NCBI GenBank assembly: GCA_964247055.1
Contig: OZ176054.1
Span: 12,338,001-12,402,000, forward strand
Source of the DNA: Paragordius varius
Lineage: Eukaryota > Animalia > Nematomorpha
DNA: 64,000 bases
Reading direction: 5' to 3'
In this document: positions 30,001 through 42,361 of the stretch, in pieces
Layout: each line of letters opens with the position of its first letter
How positions within the stretch are numbered: position 1 is the first letter of the stretch
Program-made: the position numbers and the translations under genes
Notes under the pieces: model-generated
The model's input: only the letters and a program-made list of their open reading frames with translations
What the model was told of the DNA's origin: nothing
Database searches by the model: none

Positions 30001-33000
30001 AAAGTATTACACCATAATATATTAATGTTTCCAACAATCAACCATACATTTTCAACAAACAAATAATATTCCCAACAATTAAAAAGTATTACCCAATAAT
30101 ATATTAATGTTTCCAACAATCAACCATACATTTTCAACAAACAAATAATATTCCCAACAATTAAAAAGTATTACCCAATAATATATTAATGTTTCCAACA
30201 ATCAACCATACATTTTCAACAAACAAATAATATTCCCAACAATCAAAAGTATTACCCAATATATTATTAATGTTTCCAACAATCAACCATACATTTTCAA
30301 CAAACAAATAATATTACCAATCTAAAATTATTTCCCAATAATATATTAATGTTTCCAACAATCAACCGTATATTTTCAACAATAAAATAATATTACCAAC
30401 AATCTAAAATTATTACCCAATAATATATTAATGTTTCCAACAATCAACCATATATTTTCAACAATCAAATAGAATTCCCAACAATCTTTATTTCCCAAAA
30501 ATATATTAATGTTTCCAACAATCAACCATATATTTTTAACAATCAAATAATATTCCCAACAATCTAAAAGTATTTCCCAATAATATATTAATGTTTCCAA
30601 CAATCAACCATATATTTTCAACAAACAAATAATATTCACAACAATTAAAAAGTATTTCCCAATAATATATTAATGTTTCCAACAATCAACCATACATTTT
30701 AAACAAACAAATAATATTCACAACAATTAAAAAGTATTTCCCAATAATATATTAATGTTTACAACAATCAACCATATATTTTAAACAAATAAATAATATT
30801 CACAACAATTAAAAAGTATTTCCCAATAATATATTAATGTTTCCAACAATCAACCATACATTTTAAACAAACAAATAATATTCACAACAATTAAAAAGTA
30901 TTTCCCAATAATATATTAATGTTTCCAACAATCAACCATATATTTTAAACAAATAAATAATATTCACAACAATTAAAAAGTATTTCCCAATAATATATAA
31001 ATGTTTACAACAATCAACTATACATTTTCACCAAACAAATAATATTCACAACAATTAAAAAGTATTTCCCAATAATATATTAATGTTTCCAACAATCAAC
31101 CATATATTTTAAACAAATAAATAATATTCACAACAATTAAAAGGTATTTCCCAATAATATATAAATGTTTACAACAATAACTATACATTTTCACCAAACA
31201 AATAATATTCACAACAATTAAAAAGTATTTCCCAATAATATATTAATGTTTCCAACAATCAACCATATATTTTAAACAAATAAATAATATTCACAACAAT
31301 TAAAAAGTATTTCCCAATAATATATAAATGTTTACAACAATCAACTATACATTTTCACCAAACAAATAATATTCATAACAATTAAAAAGTATTTCCCAAT
31401 AATATATTAATGTTTACAACAATCAACCATACATTTTCAACAATTAAATAATATTCCCAACAATTAAAAAGTATTTCCCAATAATATATTAATGTTTCCA
31501 ACAATCAACCATATATTTTAAACAAATAAATAATATTCACAACAATTAAAAAGTATTTCCCAATAATATATAAATGTTTACAACAATCAACTATACATTT
31601 TCACCAAACAAATAATATTCACAACAATTAAAAAGTATTACCCAATAATATATTAATGTTTACAAAAATCAACTATACATTTTAAACAAACAAATAATAT
31701 TCACAACAATTAAAAAGTATTACCCAATAATATATTAATGTTTACAACAATCAACCATACATTTTAAACAAACAAATAATATTCCCAACAATCAAAAAGT
31801 ATTTCCCAATAATATATTAATGTTTACAACAATCAACCATACATTTTAAACAAATAAATAATATTCACAACAATTAAAAAGTATTTCCCAATAATATATT
31901 AATGTTTACAACAATCAACCATATATTTTCACCAAATAAATAATATTCACAACAATTAAAAAGTATTTCCCAATAATATATTAATGTTTACAACAATACA
32001 CCATACATTTTCAATAATTAAATAGTATTCCCAACAATCAAAAAATATCACCCAATAATATATTAATGTTTACAACAATCAACTATACATTTTCACCAAA
32101 CAAATAATATTCACAACAATTAAAAAGTATTTCCCAATAATATATTAATGTTTCCAACAATCAACTATACATTTTCACCTAACAAATAATATTCACAACA
32201 ATTAAAAAGTATTACCCAATAATATATTAATGTTTACAACAATCAACCATACATTTTAAACAAATAAATAATATTCCCAACAATTAAAAAGTATTTCCCA
32301 ATAATATATTAATGTTTACAACAATCAACCATATATTTTAAACAAACAAATAATATTCACAACAATTAAAAAGTATTTCCCAATAATATATTAATGTTTA
32401 CAACAATCAACCATATATTTTAAACAAATAAATATTCACAACAATTAAAAAGTATTTCCCATAATATATTAATGTTTTCAACAATCAACCATATATTTTC
32501 ACCAAATAAATAATATTCACAACACTTAAAAAGTATTTCCCAATAATATATTAATGTTTACAACAATCAACTATACATTTTAAACAAACAAATAATATTC
32601 CCAACAATTAAAAAGTATTTCCCAATAATATATTAATGTTTCCAACAATCAACTATACATTTTCACCAAACAAATAATATTCACAACAATTAAAAAGTAT
32701 TTCCCAATAATATATTAATGTTTACAACAATCAACCATATATTTTAAACAAATAAATAATATTCACAACAATTAAAAAGTATTTCCCAATAATATATTAA
32801 TGTTTACAACAATCAACCATACATTTTAAACAAATAAATAATATTCCCAACAATTAAAAAGTATTTCCCAATAATATATTAATGTTTACAACAATCAACC
32901 ATATATTTTAAACAAACAAATAATATTCACAACAATTAAAAAGTATTTCCCAATAATATATTAATGTTTACAACAATCAACCATATATTTTAAACAAATA

Positions 33001-36000
33001 AATATTCACAACAATTAAAAAGTATTTCCCAATAATATATTAATGTTTACAACAATCAACCATACATTTTAAACAAATAAATAATATTCCCAACAATTAA
33101 AAAGTATTTCCCAATAATATATTAATGTTTACAACAATCAACCATACAATTTCACCAAACAAATAATATTCACAACAATTAAAAAGTATTTCCCAATAAT
33201 ATATTAATGTTTCCAACAATCAACTATACATTTTCACCAAACAAATAATATTCACAACAATTAAAAAGTATTTCCCAATAATATATTAATGTTTACAACA
33301 ATCAACCATATATTTTAAACAAATAAATAATATTCACAACAATTAAAAAGTATTTCCCAATAATATATTAATGTTTACAACAATCAACCATACATTTTAA
33401 ACAAATAAATAATATTCCCAACAATTAAAAAGTATTTCCCAATAATATATTAATGTTTCCAACAATCAACATACATTTTAAACAAACAAATAATATTCCC
33501 AACAATTAAAAAGTATTTCCCAATAATATATTAATGTTTCCAACAATCAAATATATATTTTCACCAAACAAATAATATTCACAACAATTAAAAAGTATTT
33601 CCCAATAATATATTAATGTTTACAACAATCAACCATACATTTTCACCAAATAAATAATATTCACAACAATTAAAAGTGTTTCCCAATAATATATTAATGT
33701 TTACAACAATCAACCATACATTTTCACCAAATAAATAATATTCACAACAATTAAAAGTATTTCCCAATAATATATTAATGTTTACAACAATCAACCATAC
33801 ATTTTCACCAAATAAATAATATTCACAACAATTAAAAAGTATTTCCCAATAATATATTAATGTTTACAACAATCAACCATATATTTTCACCAAATAAATA
33901 ATATTCACAACAATTAAAACGTATTACCCATAATATATTAATGTTTCCAACAATCAACCATACATTTTAAACAAATAAATATATTCCCAACAATTAAAAA
34001 GTATTACCCATAATATATTAATGTTTACAACAATCAACCATATATTTTCACCAAATAAATAATATTCACAACAATTAAAAGTATTTCCCCATAATATATT
34101 AATGTTTACAACAATCAACCATACATTTTCACCAAATAAATAATATTCACAACAATTAAAAGTATTTCCCAATAATATATTAATGTTTACAACAATCAAC
34201 CATACATTTTCACCAAATAAATAATATTCACAACAATTAAAAGTATTTCCCAATAATATATTAATGTTTACAACAATCAACCATACATTTTAAACAAACA
34301 AATAATATTCCCAACAATTAAAAGTATTTCCCAATAATATATTAATGTTTACAACAATCAACCATACATTTTAAACAAATAAATAATATTCCCAACAATT
34401 AAAAAGTATTTCCCAATAATATATTAATGTTTCCAACAATCAACATACATTTTAAACAAACAAATAATATTCCCAACAATTAAAAAGTATTTCCCAATAA
34501 TATATTAATGTTTCCAACAATCAACCATATATTTTCACCAAACAAATAATATTCACAACAATTAAAAAGTATTTCCCAATAATATATTAATGTTTACAAC
34601 AATCAACCATACATTTTCACCAAATAAATAATATTCACAACAATTAAAAGTGTTTCCCAATAATATATTAATGTTTACAACAATCAACCATACATTTTCA
34701 CCAAATAAATAATATTCACAACAATTAAAAGTATTTCCCAATAATATATTAATGTTTACAACAATCAACCATACATTTTCACCAAATAAATAATATTCCC
34801 AACAATTAAAAGTATTTCCCAATAATATATTAATGTTTACAACAATCAACCATACATTTACACCAAATAAATAATATTCCCAACAATTAAAAAGTATTTC
34901 CCAATAATATATTAATGTTTACAACAATCAACCATACATTTTCACCAAACAAATAATATTCACAACAATTAAAAAGTATTTCCCAATAATATATTAATGT
35001 TTACAACAATCAACCATACATTTTCACCAAATAAATAATATTCACAACAATTAAAAGTATTTCCCAATAATATATTAATGTTTACAACAATCAACCATAC
35101 ATTTTAAACAAATAAATAATATTCACAACAATTAAAAGTATTTCCCAATAATATATTAATGTTTACAACAATCAACCATACATTTTAAACAAATAAATAA
35201 TATTCCCAACAATTAAAAAGTATTTCCCAATAATATATTAATGTTTCCAACAATCAACATACATTTTAAACAAACAAATAATATTCCCAACAATTAAAAA
35301 GTATTTCCCAATAATATATTAATGTTTCCAACAATCAACCATATATTTTCACCAAACAAATAATATTCACAACAATTAAAAAGTATTTCCCAATAATATA
35401 TTAATGTTTACAACAATCAACCATACATTTTCACCAAATAAATAATATTCCCAACAATTAAAAGTATTTCCCAATAATATATTAATGTTTACAACAATCA
35501 ACCATACATTTTCACCAAATAAATAATATTCCCAACAATTAAAAAGTATTTCCCAATAATATATTAATGTTTACAACAATCAACCATACATTTTCACCAA
35601 ATAAATAATATTCACAACAATTAAAAGTGTTTCCCAATAATATATTAATGTTTACAACAATCAACCATACATTTTAAACAAACAAATAATATTCCCAACA
35701 ATTAAAAGTATTTCCCAATAATATATTAATGTTTACAACAATCAACCATACATTTTAAACAAACAAATAATATTCCCAACAATTAAAAGTATTTCCCAAT
35801 AATATATTAATGTTTACAACAATCAACCATACATTTTCACCAAATAAATAATATTCACAACAATTAAAAAGTATTTCCCAATAATATATTAATGTTTACA
35901 ACAATCAACCATACATTTTCACCAAATAAATAATATTCACAACAATTAAAAGTATTTCCCAATAATATATTAATGTTTACAACAATCAACCATACATTTT

Positions 36001-39000
36001 CACCAAATAAATAATATTCCCAACAATTAAAAAGTATTTCCCAATAATATATTAATGTTTACAACAATCAACCATACATTTTCAACAAACAAATAATATT
36101 CCCAACAATTAAAAAGTATTTCCCAATAATATATTAATGTTTACAACAATCAACCATACATTTTCAACAAACAAATAATATTCCCAACAATTAAAAAGTA
36201 TTTCCCAATAATATATTAATGTTTACAACAATCAACCATACATTTTCACCAAATAAATAATATTCCCAACAATTAAAAAGTATTTCCCAATAATATATTA
36301 ATGTTTACAACAATCAACCATACATTTTCACCAAATAAATAATATTCACAACAATTAAAAGTATTTCCCAATAATATATTAATGTTTACAACAATCAACC
36401 ATACATTTTCACCAAATAAATAATATTCCTAACAATCAAAAAGTATTTCCCAATAATATATTAATGTTTACAACAATCAACCATACATTTTCACCAAATA
36501 AATAATATTCCCAACAATTAAAAAGTATTTCCCAATAATATATTAATGTTTACAACAATCAACCTTACATTTTCACCAAATAAATAATATTCCTAACAAT
36601 CAAAAAGTATTTCCCAATAATATATTAATGTTTACAACAATCAACCATACATTTTCACCAAATAAATAATATTCCCAACAATTAAAAAGTATTACCCAAT
36701 AATATATTAATGTTTACAACAATCAACCATACATTTTAAACAAACAAATAATATTCACAACAATTAAAAAGTATTTCCCAATAATATATTAATGTTTACA
36801 ACAATCAACCATACATTTTAAACAAACAAATAATATTCACAACAATTAAAAAGTATTTCCCAATAATATATTAATGTTTACAACAATCAACATACATTTT
36901 AAACAAACAAATAATATTCCCAACAATTAAAAAGTATTTCCCAATAATATATTAATGTTTACAACAATCAACCATACATTTTAAACAAACAAATAATATT
37001 CACAACAATTAAAAGGTATTTCCCAATAATATATTAATGTTTACAACAATCAACCATACATTTTCACCAAATAAATAATATTCCCAACAATTAAAAAGTA
37101 TTTCCCAATAATATATTAATGTTTACAACAATCAACCATACATTTTAACCAAATAAATAATATTCACAACAATAAAAAAGTATTTCGCAATAATATATTA
37201 ATGTTTACAACAATCAACCATACATTTTAACCAAATAAATAATATTCACAAGAATTAAAAAGTATTTCGCAATAATATATTAATGTTTACAACAATCAAC
37301 CATACATTTTAACCAAATAAATAATATTCACAAGAATTAAAAAGTATTTCCCAATAATATAATAATGTTTACAACAATCAACCATACATTTTAACCAAAT
37401 AAATAATATTCACAACAATTAAAAGTATTTCCCAATAATATATTAATGTTTACAACAATCAACCATACATTTTAAACAAACAAATAATATTCACAACAAT
37501 CAAAAGTATTTCCCAATAATATATTAATGTTTACAACAATCAACCATACATTTTAAACAAATAAATATATTCCCAACAATTAAAAAGTATTACCCATAAT
37601 ATATTAATGTTTACAACAATCAACCATATATTTTCAACAATCAAATAATATTCCCAACAATCAAATAATATTACCCAATTATATTTTAATGTTTCCAACA
37701 ATCAACCATATATTTTCAACAATCAAATAATATTCCCAACAATCAAATATTATTACCCAAAAATTATTTAATGTTTCCAACAATCACCCATAAATTTTCA
37801 ACCATCAAATATTATTAGCCAATAATATTTTAATGTTTCCAGCATCAACCATATATTTTCAACAATCAAATAATATTCCCAACAATCAAATAATATTACC
37901 CAATAATTATTTAAGGTTTCCAACGATCAACCATATATTTTCAACAATCAAATAATATTCCCAACAATCAAATATTATTACCCAATAATTATTTAATGTT
38001 TCCAACAATCAACCATATATTTTCAACAATCAAATAATATTCCCAACAATCAAATAATATTACCCAATTATATTTTAATGTTTCCAACAATCAACCATAT
38101 ATTTTCAACAATCAAATAATATTCCCAACAATCAAATATTATTAGCCAATAATATTTTAATGTTTCCAGCAATCAACCATATATTTTCAACAATCAAATA
38201 ATATTCCCAACAATCAAATAATATTAACAAATAATATATTAATGTTTCCAACAATCAACCATATATTTTTAACAATCAAATAATATTACTTAATAATTAT
38301 TTAATGTTTCCAACAATCAACCATATATTTTCAACAATCAAATAATATTCCCAACAATCAAATAATATTACATAATAATATTTTAATGTTTCCAACAATC
38401 AACCATATATTTTCAACAATCAAATAGTATTACCAAAATTTTAATGTTTCCAACAATCAACCATATATTTTCAACAATCAAATAATATTCCCAACAATCA
38501 AATAATATTACCCAATTATATTTTAATGTTTCCAACAATCAACCATATATTTTCAACAATCAAATAATATTACCCAATAATATATTAATGTTTCCAACAA
38601 TCAACCATATATTTTCAACAATCAATTAATATTCCCAACAATCAAATAATATTATCCAATAAAAATTAATGTTTCCAACAATCAAATAATATTGCCAACA
38701 ATCAATTAATATTACCCAATAATATTTTAATGTTTCTAACTATCAACCATATATTTTCAACAATCAAATAATATTACCCAATAATATTTTAATGTTTCTA
38801 ACAATCAACCATATATTTTCAACAATCAAATAATATTGCCCAATAATATTTTAATGTTTCCAACAATCAACCATATATTTTCAACAATTAAATAATATTG
38901 CCCAATAATATTTTAATGTTTCCAACAATCAACCATATATTTTCAACAATCAACTAATATTGCCAATCAAATAATATTACCCAAATTTTATTTCTAACTA

Positions 39001-39678
39001 TCAACCATATATTTTCAACAATCAAAAATTATTCCCAACAATTATATATAATTACCCAATACTTTTTTAATGTTTCTAACAATCAACTATATATTTTCAT
39101 CAATCAAATAATATTCCCAACAATCAATTACCCAATAATATATTAATGTTTCCAACAATCAAAAATTATTACCCAATAATATATAAATGTTTACAACAAT
39201 CAACCATACATTTTCAACAATCAAATAATATTGCCAACAATCAAATAATATTACCCAATAATATATTAATGTTTCCAATAATCAACCATATATTTTCAAC
39301 AATCAAATAATATTCCCAACAATCAAATAATATTACCCAATAATATATTAATGTTTCCAACAATGAACCATATATTTTCAACAATCAAATAATATTCCCA
39401 ACAGTCAAATAATATTACCCAATAATATATTAATGTTTCCAATAATCAACCATATATTTTCATCAATCAAATAATATTCCCAACAATCAATTACCCAATA
39501 ATATATTAATGTTTCCAACAATCAATCATATATTTTCAACAATCAAATAATATTGCCAACAATCAAATAATATTACCCAATAATATATTAATGTTTCCAA
39601 TAATCAACCATATATTTTCAACAATCAAATAATATTCCCAACAATCAAATAATATTACCCAATAATATCTTAATGTTT
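1..39678 (+). repeat. Tandem satellite DNA array, 81-82 bp monomer, ~480 copies, runs off the window start
   Basis: Core monomer read at 9001-9082: CATTTTCAACAATTAAATAATATTCCCAACAATTAAAAAGTATTTCCCAATAATATATTAATGTTTACAACAATCAACCATA (82 bp, recurs at 9083). Same orientation throughout. The last partial unit ends TAATGTTT at ~39,678. Copy number is length divided by 82. Confidence 0.99.
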
Positions 39679-40048
39679 ATAGGCCTATGGGTAGGGGTCT
39701 ACCAGTTAAAAACTGAGACGCCATATAAAAATGGCGTGGCTTTGGAGATAATTTTCAAAAAAACCTAAGAAGCCATACAAAGGCTTTAAATATTACCCAT
39801 AAAAAGGTGAAATTATAGTATAGCGGTTTTTTCCGTTAGCCGTCAATTTGGGGCCTTCACAACAGTAAACAATATATTAGTATGAATGCAACGTTTAGAA
39901 AATCCTATAAGATCATAGCTATTAAATTATGGTTCGAAATAATCCACATATATGGATCATTTTATTGATCCCTTTTTTCAAATAGCCCCCCCCCCCAGAA
40001 GTTCGAAGGACTTCCTCGGGCTTCGTAGCAGCACGAGATTTACGCTAG
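39679..40048 (+). mobile_element. Putative non-autonomous Helitron-like segment (3' terminus at 40,048)
   Basis: GC-rich hairpin CTCGGGCT-tcgtagc-AGCACGAG (40,015-40,037; 7 of 8 pairs), a 7-nt spacer, then CTAG|T at 40,045-40,049. This is the canonical Helitron 3' signature. The 5' end is not securely identified. Confidence 0.5.
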
Positions 40049-42361
40049 TATATATATATATATATATTATTGTAATATTTATTGATTGCGTTTCTTTTTC
40101 CTAATTCAAAAATGCTATTGTAGCCTTAATACCAAAAGAGACGAATAATAATCATCTACTGAATGAGAATAATAAAGAATAAATTTATACGTTAAAGTAA
40201 AATATTTATTAATCAGAGTTTCAACTTGTCGTTAATTGAAAATTTACATGCGTAATAATATATAAAAGAGAGCTGTTAATTAAAAAAATATAGTTAGTGC
40301 AGGTACCTATTGGATTGTAGATAATTGTGATTTAAACCAATTAACACTTCTATTTACGCAATATATTACTTCTGAGCTAAAAGTATTAACCACACTACTG
40401 TCATAAAAGTAGTTTTGGTTAACCACCCTCTTCTCCAGTTTTAGATAAAATAAACTTGGAATTTTTACAGTTTTTTGACTTCTAGAGTCCCAAATTCATA
40501 ACTTCGAAACCCGATTGAAACGAACAGCTGATATTAAAATCAAATATCGCTGGTAAATAATTTAAAAGTTAGTTAATTATTTATATTCAACTATAATATG
40601 TATTTTTTGCTTGTTGTATTGACCATTCAAAAAAATACATGGAGAAAAATAGCGGCGAGAAAGTTTGAGGGTTTTTTACAATTTTTTTGTTTCATGCTAA
40701 AAGGAATTGTCCGTTTAAAAAAAATTGTCCGCATAAAAATTAATCTTTTGATTTTTACAATATGTCTGTTATAAATTTGTATTTTAGTTTAAAAATGCGT
40801 CCGGATAATTATAAATTTTTACTGTATATTTTGTTTTAGAGAACTGAAAGAATTAGAATGCATATCCTATTTAAACACACAATTATAATTTTTAAATTTT
40901 GATTCTGTTTAGGAAAAATTCATAAAAAACAACCTATTTTAATAATTTGTTCCCTAGTGGATATGCTACTCTGACTTTCTCAATAAAGACTATATAAAAT
41001 TCACTAAACCCTAAGCCACAACCGATATATTTGAATAAAAAGTTAAAATAATTTAGGTTTACAAAGTTTTAGTATGGTTCGATTAATGTCACATCAAGAA
41101 CAACTTTCAGCCCACACGTAATCGAAACTTACAATGTATTTTAATGCCTTAGCTTTTTTAGGTTTTGGTGATGAGATTTTTCATTTTGATTTTAGATTAA
41201 ATTTTAAATCATAATAGGTGGCCCTCTATTATGCGGGTGAAGTAAATTCGATAAATTTATGGACAAAATATGACTATTTTTTTGAAAAGACAACCATTAT
41301 TTATATACAGATAATAATTATAAATTTTATCGGTCAAAAATTGCAAAGAGATTTTGTGACCATCTTAACGACACTCTGGTGTTCGAAATTTAAAATATAC
41401 GGACAAAACGTATAAAACAAAAGACAAATTTTTCAAAAAAAGTGTCCATATTTTTTCACTTGACATTTTTCATAACAACCATTAGTTACAATTTTAAATT
41501 AAAACTTTGTCGGCGCATTTTTTTACATTTTATTTAATTTTATTCAGTTACGAATCGCACAAAAAATAAAATAATTTTTTTAATATTGGGATTATAATTG
41601 AGCAATAATTAAATAAATTTATTATAGTGAATTTTGGATTATTTTAAGTAATTTTTGTAAACGCAAAAATAAAATTGAAATATAACTAATTAATTAGCTT
41701 AATTATAAAACAATATTAAACAATAATTCAGTGTAAACAATATCCAAAATATTTTATCTATATTGTCGACCAAAGCTTCCAGGTATCAAATGTTATATGA
41801 CTCATAAAGAGACCATTTTTGCAGCGGTCGTCTAATACTATCTGGATTGAAAAGTTAACATAGTTACTTTTATTCCTCATACTGTATTAGTAAGAGAGCT
41901 TTGTTGTCTTATTCGCGTTCAGTAGCAATTTGTTAATTGATTACTTAACAATTATGGCTATGAACAGTATAACTGTCAAAATGAAAATATTCGATATTTA
42001 TCAAATGTATATCTTTTCACCTTTTTTCACATAAAAAATCCGAATGCTAAAGTGTTATTTATATTTATATCAACAATATAGCCAATCTTCCAAACTTAAT
42101 AAAGTCGTTCCATTAGATAAGCAAACTTTCAAGGAATACACTCGAGAAAAGCCAAAAAAAGATGTCAAATAAATTGAATGTATAATTTTTTATAAATATA
42201 GCCGAAAATGGTAAAATTAAAGTGAATGGTGTTGAATTGGTTCTAACATAGAAGAACGAATAAAACTAAACGTTCAGTAATATCACTAATTTCTTTCCAA
42301 AACTCGATATAATAACAATACGATCCTTTACATCGTTATCTACAATATGTCCAAATAGTTA

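Noticed and set aside
1-39678. CRISPR array or telomeric repeat interpretation
   Set aside because: There are no unique spacers, no cas genes, and the context is eukaryotic. The unit is 82 bp and internal, not a short terminal telomere motif.
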